Below, one piece after another: positions 26,862 to 35,398 of a stretch of 46,578 nt of DNA; position 1 is the first letter of the stretch, and every line of letters starts with the position of its first letter. The translations under genes were made by a program, and so were the position numbers. The DNA is from a virus. Lineage: Duplodnaviria > Caudoviricetes. The stretch is taken from positions 1-46,578 of the IMG/VR virus record IMGVR_UViG_3300022670_000061. One strand, 5' to 3'. The notes under the pieces were generated by a model that saw only the letters and a program-made list of their open reading frames with translations, had not been told where the DNA came from and ran no database searches.

Positions 26862-27317
26862 TTATTTTGTTTTTAAGCTAATATAGTCTTCACGAATAGC
26901 ACCGATAACATAGCCGCGAGCGAATGAATACGTGTTTTTCTTACTACTACGTGGGCAAGACCAATTTGATTGAAAATGTGCAATAGTCTTACTGATAGTG
27001 GGCGCTTGATTAGTGACATAGTCTTGAATAATACCCATAGCTGAAGTCTTATCTTTTGCAGTCTTATTCCCTTTGACAATCATAACCCTAGCACCATCAT
27101 CATACTTCTTGGCTGGGGATTTCTTAGGCTTATCTTCATAAAATTCATTAAACGCGTCAAGTCTTTCTCTGGCGTCACCTAGTTTTTTGCAAGCTGTAGT
27201 CTTGTCCCTGAATTTCTTAATCGGATTACCACTTATAATCTTCATGATGCTGTTGTACTCTTCAGCGATAGCTTTTAGAGTTAATGCTGCGATAGGTGAT
27301 GTTATTTCTTTAGTCAT
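26862..27317 (-). CDS. Basic hypothetical protein with the paralogous C-terminal domain
   Basis: 151 aa; TSAMGIIQ..ARGYVIGAIREDY; AGGAG RBS. Confidence 0.78.
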   Translation of the reverse strand: MTKEITSPIAALTLKAIAEEYNSIMKIISGNPIKKFRDKTTACKKLGDARERLDAFNEFYEDKPKKSPAKKYDDGARVMIVKGNKTAKDKTSAMGIIQDYVTNQAPTISKTIAHFQSNWSCPRSSKKNTYSFARGYVIGAIREDYISLKTK

Positions 27318-27361
27318 TGTAGTCTCCTGTTTTTCTGTTTTACTGTTTAACTATTGAAATG

Positions 27362-27390
27362 ATCATATCACAAAAGATTTAGGATGTAAA
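27362..27390 (-). promoter_or_regulatory. Strong sigma70-like promoter with extended -10, upstream of the modification/polymerase operon
   Basis: TTTACA-17-TATGAT with TGn; AT-rich UP element. Confidence 0.75.
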
Positions 27391-27409
27391 GTTTTATTTT
27401 CATTTTATT

Positions 27410-27456
27410 CAAAATAATATGAGACGAATGATCCAACCATTCATCCGCCCCATATT
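27410..27456 (-). terminator. Terminator hairpin after SSB
   Basis: AAUAUGGGGCGGAUGA/UCAUUCGUCUCAUAUU stem followed by AUUUUG. Confidence 0.65.
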
Positions 27457-27469
27457 AGATTAGATGAAC

Positions 27470-28018
27470 CTAGAACGGGATTTCGTCATCAAGGCTACCG
27501 TCACCCCATTCGTCATCTTCATCTTCGCTGTAATCGGCAAAGTCTTCACCCGCAGTGGTAGAACCATCTAAGCGGTCACCTTCTTTACGGAGCATAAGAT
27601 TATTGAAACCAGCGGCAACACCTTTGTTTCCGTCAGTATCAAATGCGTAGAAAACAACGGACACATGAAAATACGCCCCACTATAGCAAAGTTCTTGAAT
27701 ATCAGCAGAATCAGCAGGTTCATTATTTCTGTTAACAATCCCAGGTTTGCGGTTGCTGTTAGCGTTAAAGAAAGCCTTGCCTTCATATTGTTCTTCATCC
27801 CGCTCTTTATCACCATCGCGTAATGGGGTCTTAATCATTCCCATTTTTATGGATTGACCAAATTTTTCACGAGCAACTTGTTCTACGATTTTTTGTATTC
27901 TTTTGATTTGAGGGTCTTTTTTATCCAATATGATTTGAATACCATATCCCCCGTCTTTACGTTCATGATCCGCATACACATAAGAACCACGCACATCTTG
28001 TAATACTATTTTTGACAT
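27470..28018 (-). CDS. Single-stranded DNA-binding protein (DUF2815, T7 gp2.5-like)
   Basis: VRGSY, PLRDGD, FFNANS, YSGAY and GNKGVAAG motifs; acidic tail ending DDEIPF. Confidence 0.9.
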   Translation of the reverse strand: MSKIVLQDVRGSYVYADHERKDGGYGIQIILDKKDPQIKRIQKIVEQVAREKFGQSIKMGMIKTPLRDGDKERDEEQYEGKAFFNANSNRKPGIVNRNNEPADSADIQELCYSGAYFHVSVVFYAFDTDGNKGVAAGFNNLMLRKEGDRLDGSTTAGEDFADYSEDEDDEWGDGSLDDEIPF

Positions 28019-28038
28019 TTTTACTGTTTCCTTTTTAG

Positions 28039-28068
28039 AGTGTTTAAGTGTTTAAGTGTTTAAGTGTT
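28039..28068. repeat. 8-bp tandem repeat (AGTGTTTA)x3.75 in the SSB leader
   Basis: Units at 28039, 28047 and 28055, plus a partial unit at 28063. Confidence 0.9.
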
Positions 28069-28074
28069 GACCTA

Positions 28075-29298
28075 TTATAGATCGTTGAAATCACTGGTAA
28101 GGCTAGGCTCTACAGCTTTGCGCTTATCAGATAACGGGGCGATCACGATTTCGCCTTTAGCTTTAGTCGTGTTTTCCCTCATTATTCTTGCGGCCTCTTC
28201 TTTTCCGGCTGCTTTCTTTAGCTTAGCTTCAATTTTGCCCATCGCTAAAGGTTTAGTTTCTACGACATCTTCTGGTTGAAGATAATCAAATATTTCTGAA
28301 AAATCTTCATCCATAGCATCTTCTGTAAATTTACGATGCGTCGTTTTTTCACATAGTTTATGGGTATCTTCATAGTCTTTGCTGCCATGATCCATTTCAA
28401 GTTTCATTTGGTTTTCAACTGCAATGATGAAAGAATTGATGATACCGCCATACAGCATTATCTGTCGCTTTTCATCAGCGGTCAGCATATCAATGTCTGG
28501 CAAAGTAGGGGCATCATCAAGACTATCAAAATCTAAATGGGCAATTTCTTGTGTCTTTTTAGCAATAGCTTTGCAATTACCCATAGCAGGGCAGAATCTA
28601 CACCCTTCATGATCTGGTACTAACGGGGCGTCAGGGTCATGTGTGGCTTGAGCCTTAGGAATTAGTTCATCATTAGCCCATTCCCAAAGCTCACCTGATG
28701 TCATCTTATGTGATCTTATAGGCCCATCAGGGTGAAATGCTCTCGGCTGGCATATTCTTAAGTAGACGTCCCAGTCATCGTCAAACTCATCAATGCTCAA
28801 ATGGATAAGAGCTCCGAGACCATATTGCATAAGCTGAGTATTACCTTCGGGCTCTACGACGATACCCTTGCCATACTTAAGATCATCTACTATTATGTAG
28901 CGCTCAGACCTATTCACTAGCAGGGCGTCGCTGGTTCCTCCATCAAGACCTTCAACACCTAATGAAGTGAGAACACATTTGACTTCTACTTGCATCGCGC
29001 ATTCATCTTCATCACGGATATCGTCTACATAGATATCAATAGCATCTACCATTTCCTGAGTGACTGGAAACTTAAATCCCTGAGCAGGTATAATTCGTCC
29101 TAAAAAATCTTCAGGTTCTCTCCTATGTTGCAGGCATTTTTCACCTAACTCGTGAGCAGCCGTGCCTTCAGCTGCAAACTTACTCGGGATATCTTTAATC
29201 AATCCTTGTTTGGTCAGTTCTTCAATTAAACCTACTGAGCCAGCGCATGTCATCCATCGTTTTGATGCACTAGGACTTAGTTTTGAATGTGTTGTCAT
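28075..29298 (-). CDS. Cas4-like PD-(D/E)XK exonuclease (DUF2800)
   Basis: HSKLSPSASKRWMTC, AAEGTAAHE, GTSD, DLKYGKG, QLMQY and CRFCPA..C motifs. Confidence 0.92.
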   Translation of the reverse strand: MTTHSKLSPSASKRWMTCAGSVGLIEELTKQGLIKDIPSKFAAEGTAAHELGEKCLQHRREPEDFLGRIIPAQGFKFPVTQEMVDAIDIYVDDIRDEDECAMQVEVKCVLTSLGVEGLDGGTSDALLVNRSERYIIVDDLKYGKGIVVEPEGNTQLMQYGLGALIHLSIDEFDDDWDVYLRICQPRAFHPDGPIRSHKMTSGELWEWANDELIPKAQATHDPDAPLVPDHEGCRFCPAMGNCKAIAKKTQEIAHLDFDSLDDAPTLPDIDMLTADEKRQIMLYGGIINSFIIAVENQMKLEMDHGSKDYEDTHKLCEKTTHRKFTEDAMDEDFSEIFDYLQPEDVVETKPLAMGKIEAKLKKAAGKEEAARIMRENTTKAKGEIVIAPLSDKRKAVEPSLTSDFNDL

Positions 29299-29591
29299 TA
29301 ATCAGTTTCCTCTATCTCTGGCAAGTCTACAGTTTGTCCTTTCATATCATGAGTGCAATCACCAAGGAACTTAATTTTGCCATCTGTCACAAAGGAATGA
29401 CATCTAGGCATTGCCGGATTACTTAAATCTTTATTAGATAACATAGAAGGTGTGAAAGTGGGTTTATCAAGATTGCCATTAAATTTCCACATACTATCTA
29501 CAAATAGATGTATGTTGTTACAAGCGGGACATGTAATTCTATGACCGTAAAGTCTCCCAGTAGCATAATTTATTCTTTTAGCTCTAGCCAT
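29298..29591 (-). CDS. Small Cys/His metal-binding protein (DUF6527-like)
   Basis: CPAC..H, WKFNGNLDKPTFTPS and CHSFVTDGKIKFLGDCTH motifs. Confidence 0.75.
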   Translation of the reverse strand: MARAKRINYATGRLYGHRITCPACNNIHLFVDSMWKFNGNLDKPTFTPSMLSNKDLSNPAMPRCHSFVTDGKIKFLGDCTHDMKGQTVDLPEIEETD

Positions 29592-29593
29592 TT

Positions 29594-29842
29594 TTAACCC
29601 CTTATATAATCTGCTGGTCTACCAAGTTCAGTTTTTGCTTCTTCCTTACTCATAGTCGTAGATTGCCGTCTTTGAAGTTCAACTTCTACTTCTGATAAGG
29701 TTTCTTGTTGGCGTTCTATAGATATTTCAAGATTCAGTTTTTTATTCTCAAGCCGCCTATATGAAAAATGTTCAAAATTAGTAATCACTGTCGCCCCCTT
29801 TGGCCTGTTGATAAATTGATCATCGCATGCTGTACTGGTCAT
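29594..29842 (-). CDS. Hypothetical protein (82 aa)
   Basis: AGGAG RBS; fits the operon. Confidence 0.65.
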   Translation of the reverse strand: MTSTACDDQFINRPKGATVITNFEHFSYRRLENKKLNLEISIERQQETLSEVEVELQRRQSTTMSKEEAKTELGRPADYIRG

Positions 29843-29922
29843 TCTGTTCTCCTGTTTAAATAGGCCCTAGTTTTGATAACCCAGATCTAGGAACTGGCGT
29901 CAACTTCCTCAAACGATGGGGG

Positions 29923-30120
29923 TTAGCTCTCGGAAGTTAATATGATAGCGTTGTGCATCGAGTGAACTGCTTTAATCTCAACCTTGTCAAGAGCAATGAC
30001 ACAAACAACCTTTTCAAGAGCAGTTTGGATATCATCAGTTTTTATCATTTCAGTATAGGCCGAACCATGAACGGCTGTGCCACCTCTACGAATAACATAT
30101 TCTACGACATTAATAGGCAT
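29923..30120 (-). CDS. Hypothetical protein (65 aa)
   Basis: AAGGAG RBS; fits the operon. Confidence 0.65.
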   Translation of the reverse strand: MPINVVEYVIRRGGTAVHGSAYTEMIKTDDIQTALEKVVCVIALDKVEIKAVHSMHNAIILTSES

Positions 30121-30149
30121 TAGTATTCTCCTTAGGAGTTAGAGTGATA

Positions 30150-30761
30150 TTATACGAGAGCAGCAAACATGCCGATGAGTTGTTTATCACTGCATTCGCC
30201 GATTTTGCTCAGAGCCTTTGCCCCATGTTCAGCCATGATTTCTTTTGCTTCATCTTTACCGACAGACTTAGCATAGGCTTTCGCCGCCGCTTTTACCGCA
30301 TCAACAGTGGGGACTTCACTATCATCGTCATCATTCTCATTATCCCATTCATCTTCATCAGTTTCCGTGGTGCTGTCTTCACTAGGCCCTGCCACCCAAG
30401 ATGCAATGATTTCAACGTAAAGCCCTTTGTCAGTTGCTTTGCACATGGCGGGTAGAGTACCTTCTTTAACACCAGCGTCAACCAGCACTTGAAGAGTAAA
30501 TTCTTCGCCGTTATCTTTCTTACTGCCTATAGCGGCTTTCTTGAAAACGTCATAATTAACAGTGACTTTTTTCTTGCCCGCTGCTTTCTTTTTATCTTTG
30601 GGTTTTTCTTTGGTGGATTCACCAATATCAGCGTCTCCTGAGTCTGTGTTCTTGGTGCTTGTACGAGTATAGTCACCGATTAGCATTTTATTAAGTGTGT
30701 CAATCACCTCAGCATTTTCAGCAGTTAATGCGATTTGGTAATTAATAAATGATGTAGCCAT
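30150..30761 (-). CDS. Conserved replication-module protein with two helical repeats and acidic linkers
   Basis: PTVDAVKAAAKAY..GKDEAKEIMAEHGAKALSKI resembles genes found upstream of DUF2800/DUF2815 modules. Confidence 0.75.
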   Translation of the reverse strand: MATSFINYQIALTAENAEVIDTLNKMLIGDYTRTSTKNTDSGDADIGESTKEKPKDKKKAAGKKKVTVNYDVFKKAAIGSKKDNGEEFTLQVLVDAGVKEGTLPAMCKATDKGLYVEIIASWVAGPSEDSTTETDEDEWDNENDDDDSEVPTVDAVKAAAKAYAKSVGKDEAKEIMAEHGAKALSKIGECSDKQLIGMFAALV

Positions 30762-30841
30762 GTTGTATTCCTCTTTTCTATTTAAAAGTTAGTGTCTAAA
30801 AGTCACAGGGCTGTCATTCGTCCCCGAACCAAGTACAGGTC

Positions 30842-30935
30842 ACCATAATCGACATTTTAACAAAAGGCAAGCGTTATTTTAATTATTTTTATAAGTATAT
30901 TTTTACTTGCTTATGATTTTAAAACCGACTAACGT
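30842..30935. promoter_or_regulatory. Divergent sigma70-like promoter pair
   Basis: - strand TTGCCT-17-TATGGT (30870-30842); + strand TTGCTT-17-TAACGT (30907-30935); AT-rich core between them. Confidence 0.6.
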
Positions 30936-30967
30936 GCGGTCTCGTAATTTCTTAAAAGGGTAAATCC

Positions 30968-31234
30968 ATGACAACTTCAAAAACTACTAATATAAAGTCA
31001 ATACAGGCTATGATGCTTGACGAGCTTAACGATCATAAGGCTAAACAACTAGCAATACTCCTTGATCAGGCGGGTGGGACTGCTCATTTAGCGACAATGT
31101 TGAACGTGCATTACATGACTATTAGGGGCTGGATAGACCGAGCCCAAATAAGTAAAGAGGGTGCAAAATTGGTGGAAGACCACATGACTCTAGGAGAGTA
31201 TTTTAAAGCTAAACAACTTCGTCCTGACATGTAG
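30968..31234 (+). CDS. Cro/YdaS-like HTH regulator
   Basis: AGGTAHLATMLNVHYMTIRGW..LRPD. Confidence 0.78.
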   Translation: MTTSKTTNIKSIQAMMLDELNDHKAKQLAILLDQAGGTAHLATMLNVHYMTIRGWIDRAQISKEGAKLVEDHMTLGEYFKAKQLRPDM

Positions 31235-31250
31235 ATAAAGGGTTAGAATT

Positions 31251-33884
31251 ATGTCTTTTGACAGATCACAACTAAGACCCTACATGCAACAGAATGCAGA
31301 CCTCATACCTATTCATACGTGGAACAAACGTATCAAAGGGGTTGAGCGGGGGAAAACACCTATTCACAGTGACTGGGTGAAACGAGAATACAATTACAAA
31401 GATTATCCTAATTGGGTCAAAAAAGGTTACAATCTCGGATATCGCATAGGTAAGAATGAGGCAGTGGTAGACCTAGACCCTAGGAATTACGAAGGCCATG
31501 ATTGTTCTCAAATGGTGGCTGAACTCTTCGGCTATTTTGATATTGACGAGCTATGTGAAGATCTACCAGTGGTTAAAACAGGCGGCGGGGGATATCATAT
31601 ATATTGTAAGCTCCCAAAAGGAGCAGACTATAAGAATTACAAAGAAACAATTGATAGTCTCCCAGGAGTTGAGCTCAAGCGTCATGGTCGTCAGGTCTTA
31701 ACGGCGGGTAGCAAACATCCCAGCGGGAAGTTTTACAAATGGATTAATGATTTTACAGACGCTAATAAAGAGATTATACCTGATGAATTAATTACACTAT
31801 TTTTTAGAGAATTAAAAGAAAAGAATCCAGATCACAGTGACGGACGAGGCGTGTTGACCGGAGCACAATTGACCGAGCTAGTGCTAGACAAGCTAGATCC
31901 TTATCAATATAATACTAATGACTCTTGGTGGCCTATCCTGTGCGGTGCTCATCATGTAACAGACGGCGAAGGTATAGATGAATTCGTCAGTTGGTGTTTG
32001 GAGGATGAACAATATAGTGATGCTGAAAATCAGATCAGAGCTCGCTGGGAATCGCTAAGTCAAAAGGGCAATGAAATCACCGTAGGTTCACTTATCCATG
32101 CACTAAAGCAGTCAGGAGCTGAAGCTGATAATCTCAAAGCGGTCTTGTCTTTTAGCAGCTTACCTGATCTTAATGATTTTGAAGATTTCCAAGATGAAGA
32201 CAATGAAGAAGCCGTACTATTAAAAGAGGCACAAGAAGTCGCCGACGAAATCGATGTGCAGGATATGTATGAGTTGCCAGCAGGTGAAGCAGGAGTAGAA
32301 GGAGCAGCTACACAAGCGGCAAATGCCCTTAATCCTAGTAGTTCAAATGAAGACGTAATGAAAACTATGCGTCTTATTAAAGCGGCTGATGAATTGGAAG
32401 CAATACGAGCTCAAGAAATCATATTAGAAAAGAAACTATTAAAACAAGGCTCTATGAACAAGCTATTAAAGGGTATGGATGCAAAGATTATAGATGATTT
32501 GGCGTTACTAGTTAGTCAAAAGACACTGGAAAAGACTTTCAACAATGCTAAGCATCTCACTGCGCCCCCTAGTGGAATGTTATGGGCTTATCACAAGACG
32601 CATTGGAGACCTATGAGTGATGAGTTTCTTAGTCGCATGATTCAAAATGTGCTGCACATATTGAAAAAGAAAATGAAAATAGAAGCGAATGAACTAGTCC
32701 TCATCACGCAAGCTGTCAAATTGTCTCGTATACAAGTGAGCACCCTAACTGATCGTATTCATCGCACGACTTTGCCCCCTAGTGTAGTGAATTGTAAAAA
32801 TGGCGAGCTATGGATTGATAAGGAAGGCGGGCATGATTTACGTCAGCATAACTATCGGTCATATCTGTTGAATTGCTTAAACGTCGACTATGATCCTAGC
32901 GCCCAATGCCCCTTATTTGTGAAGACACTAACCGAGATATTCAATCACTTCCCAGACACTGAGGATATGGTCAGGCACATCGGGGAGATACTAGGCTATA
33001 CCATCCAGCCGCGCAAGAATATTGCTAGCTGGTGGCTTTTCAGAGGTCCGGGGGGTGATGGTAAGTCGACTATACTAAAGGTGTTGGGCGGTATACTACA
33101 GGATGCCATGTTAATGACAACGGTTAAGATTCTCGCCGCTGGGTCTACCAGCGCCAATAATCATGCTACTATGTCTCTTGTGGGCAAACTTGGCGTCGCC
33201 ATTGAAGAACTCCCAGCTAATGCCATGTTGAAAGACGAAGGGGTTAAGATGTTTAGTGAAAATACAAAGATGGAAGTTAATCCCAAAGCCAAGGACCCAT
33301 ATGATTTCATGTATGCCGGCAATTTAATTATGTGTAGCAATGGTTTCCCCGCAATTAGGGACCTTAGTCATGGTATGATCAGGCGGGCTAATGTGGTCCC
33401 ATTCAACAGGCAGTTTGATCTAAACGGTCTTGATGATTTAGATAGAGCTGAAAAGATACTAAGTAATCCTAAGGAAATGGCTGGGGTGTTGAATTTCATG
33501 CTAGCAGGCCTTCAAAGGTTACGAGACAGGGGCAAGTTCAAACCTCCAGTGTCTTGTGCTAAGGCGAAGAAAGAATGGTTAGGAGAAGCTAACAATATAA
33601 TACGCTTTATGGATGAAACGGCTACTAGGACATCTAACCAAGAAGATTGTCTAGGTGATCTCGGTAGCTTTTATGGCATGCACTATAATATGTGGTGTGA
33701 TGATAATGGTATTGAAGAAAATTATAGAAAGAAAAAGACCCACTTTATGAAAGATCTAGAGAACCTGGGATGGAAGATTAGGCGAGGCGGCGGTAATGTT
33801 GTTAAGATCTATGGTGGATTGTTGGTGGGGCATACTGGTGGGGTAGCTGAGGTCGAAGATGAAGGTTGTATGGATAAGTGGTAG
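31251..33884 (+). CDS. Primase-helicase (Prim-Pol, PriCT-2, D5_N, SF3 helicase, C-terminal winged helix)
   Basis: VVDLDPRN, TGGGGYHIY, SKHPSG, NCKNG, Walker A GPGGDGKST and MCSNGFP..GMIRR motifs. Confidence 0.93.
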   Translation: MSFDRSQLRPYMQQNADLIPIHTWNKRIKGVERGKTPIHSDWVKREYNYKDYPNWVKKGYNLGYRIGKNEAVVDLDPRNYEGHDCSQMVAELFGYFDIDELCEDLPVVKTGGGGYHIYCKLPKGADYKNYKETIDSLPGVELKRHGRQVLTAGSKHPSGKFYKWINDFTDANKEIIPDELITLFFRELKEKNPDHSDGRGVLTGAQLTELVLDKLDPYQYNTNDSWWPILCGAHHVTDGEGIDEFVSWCLEDEQYSDAENQIRARWESLSQKGNEITVGSLIHALKQSGAEADNLKAVLSFSSLPDLNDFEDFQDEDNEEAVLLKEAQEVADEIDVQDMYELPAGEAGVEGAATQAANALNPSSSNEDVMKTMRLIKAADELEAIRAQEIILEKKLLKQGSMNKLLKGMDAKIIDDLALLVSQKTLEKTFNNAKHLTAPPSGMLWAYHKTHWRPMSDEFLSRMIQNVLHILKKKMKIEANELVLITQAVKLSRIQVSTLTDRIHRTTLPPSVVNCKNGELWIDKEGGHDLRQHNYRSYLLNCLNVDYDPSAQCPLFVKTLTEIFNHFPDTEDMVRHIGEILGYTIQPRKNIASWWLFRGPGGDGKSTILKVLGGILQDAMLMTTVKILAAGSTSANNHATMSLVGKLGVAIEELPANAMLKDEGVKMFSENTKMEVNPKAKDPYDFMYAGNLIMCSNGFPAIRDLSHGMIRRANVVPFNRQFDLNGLDDLDRAEKILSNPKEMAGVLNFMLAGLQRLRDRGKFKPPVSCAKAKKEWLGEANNIIRFMDETATRTSNQEDCLGDLGSFYGMHYNMWCDDNGIEENYRKKKTHFMKDLENLGWKIRRGGGNVVKIYGGLLVGHTGGVAEVEDEGCMDKW

Positions 33885-33899
33885 AGGTTGCGGTTTTGG

Positions 33900-34080
33900 G
33901 TTACTTATGTTATCTAGTCAGGAAAGGGGGTTATCGAAATAGATAATATTATTAATAGGTAAAGATAAAATATAGTCAGTTATGGTATAACATAACACTT
34001 TAATACAATTTTTATTTATACGTATATATAATTTTATGTCTACCAGTAACCCTTAGTCCTGACTAGATAACATAAGTAAC
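33900..34080. repeat. 24-bp perfect inverted repeat around a 133-bp AT-rich spacer (candidate replication origin)
   Basis: GTTACTTATGTTATCTAGTCAGGA (33900-33923) is the exact reverse complement of 34057-34080. Confidence 0.85.
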
Positions 34081-34088
34081 TATAAACC

Positions 34089-34117
34089 TTTACAATAGGT
34101 TGTATCCATGCTACTCT
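34089..34117 (+). promoter_or_regulatory. sigma70-like promoter
   Basis: TTTACA-17-TACTCT with TGn. Confidence 0.6.
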
Positions 34118-34154
34118 CTTTTAAACCCCTTGGAAAACACATTGGAGAACACAA

Positions 34155-34442
34155 ATGGACGTTAATGCAGTCAGCAAGTATTTAGATAAATTAGATGAGA
34201 AAAATATAGATTTGGTCAAGTCTCTACAAAAGTTCTTAGTAAAACATGTAACGAGAGAGTCAGATGGGATAATATCAGTGAAGCAGTTGTATGATGAATA
34301 TATTGATTTCTGCACTAGTGGCAAACATCAAGCTATAAGTAAAAGGAAATTTACTATGGGTCTTAAGTTTAACGGAATTACAGTTAGGCGAGGCGGTGGG
34401 AACATATTAAAGGTGTATGGAGTTGAAAGTGATTGGTTTTAA
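34155..34442 (+). CDS. Stand-alone winged-helix protein paralogous to the primase-helicase C-terminus
   Basis: LYDEYIDFC..KRKF..L..G..VRRGGGNILKVYG versus YNMWC..KTHF..L..G..IRRGGGNVVKIYG. Confidence 0.8.
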   Translation: MDVNAVSKYLDKLDEKNIDLVKSLQKFLVKHVTRESDGIISVKQLYDEYIDFCTSGKHQAISKRKFTMGLKFNGITVRRGGGNILKVYGVESDWF

Positions 34443-34461
34443 TTTAAGAGAGGATATGTAA

Positions 34462-34662
34462 ATGAGTAGAAAAATAGACATGATACTAGTATCCAAGGGT
34501 GGTAAACTCGTGCATGAAGGATATCATCCAAAGACTGAAGAAGACCGAGTAGAGATACTTGCAGCACTAACTGAATTACAACGATATATGGAAAGAAACC
34601 GAGACGCCTTAGATGATAATATAGCTGAGGTCCGTAAAAGAAGAATGGCTCTACAAAAATAG
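34462..34662 (+). CDS. Hypothetical protein (66 aa)
   Basis: GAGGA RBS. Confidence 0.7.
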   Translation: MSRKIDMILVSKGGKLVHEGYHPKTEEDRVEILAALTELQRYMERNRDALDDNIAEVRKRRMALQK

Positions 34663-34718
34663 GGCTTGCTCTCTTAATGGTGGTATGGTACAAGACCTTA
34701 TAAGTTTAACAAGAGGAG

Positions 34719-35057
34719 ATGAAGATGGCTAAAAATGAAATTACTATACAATTAGATCAAGATCAGTTAAATGAAATTTATGCTGAAACACGAAACATGA
34801 TTGATAAGGAAATTGAAAACCTAAACATTAAATCACGTGATCAAGTTGATTCGTTCTTAGACACTCAGCTCGTACAGGTTGCGGGGGGTTACTATATACC
34901 TACTGACAATATAGACAAGATACTTGATTTTGTTTGTGGTGTAAATAGTGTCTTTAAGGAATGCAGGAGATGCAAGGGAACAGGTGAGTTAAGAATAAGT
35001 CATGCGGGTGCTATGGGGGCTTGCCATATATGCAGAGGAACAGGCGTCAAACTCTAA
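34719..35057 (+). CDS. Protein with C-terminal DnaJ-type CxxCxGxG zinc finger
   Basis: CRRCKGTG and CHICRGTG. Confidence 0.75.
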   Translation: MKMAKNEITIQLDQDQLNEIYAETRNMIDKEIENLNIKSRDQVDSFLDTQLVQVAGGYYIPTDNIDKILDFVCGVNSVFKECRRCKGTGELRISHAGAMGACHICRGTGVKL

Positions 35058-35398
35058 TGTTTACCTATAAGCCAAACTATGTCACAAGGAAACTGAAGCA
35101 GGGGTTAGAGACAGACCCTATCCGTGCTGCAATACGAAACCTTAGGATTAATATAGTTATATGTACCTATGCCTATGAGCATGACTATGAAGGGGAGTTT
35201 ATCCCAATAGTAGATGACTTCGACTTTGATGATATGGGAGAAGAGTTGATAGCCTTGCAAAGATACTTTCCTGAATATGCTAAGGATGCAGGGTTAATGG
35301 ATGATGTGTTTACGCATTGGACTAAACCGACAGGACTAGGATTGCCAAAGGATAAACGGATTAAACAACTATGTAAACTATATAGAGGAGATGAATGA
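35057..35398 (+). CDS. Protein resembling the N-terminal domain Ia of NAD-dependent DNA ligase
   Basis: YAYE..PIVDDFDFD....ELIALQRYFPE resembles LigA YY..P.ISD.EYD.L..EL..LE..HPE; start at ATG 35057. Confidence 0.6.
   Translation: MFTYKPNYVTRKLKQGLETDPIRAAIRNLRINIVICTYAYEHDYEGEFIPIVDDFDFDDMGEELIALQRYFPEYAKDAGLMDDVFTHWTKPTGLGLPKDKRIKQLCKLYRGDE

Noticed and set aside
28075-29298. Cas4-like gene as evidence of CRISPR-Cas
   Set aside because: It is a DUF2800 exonuclease in the usual SSB/replication context; there is no cas1, cas2 or array.
30968-31234. Cro-like gene as evidence of a temperate lysis-lysogeny switch
   Set aside because: No CI repressor with S24 domain, integrase or partition genes were found; such HTH genes commonly precede primases in lytic phages.
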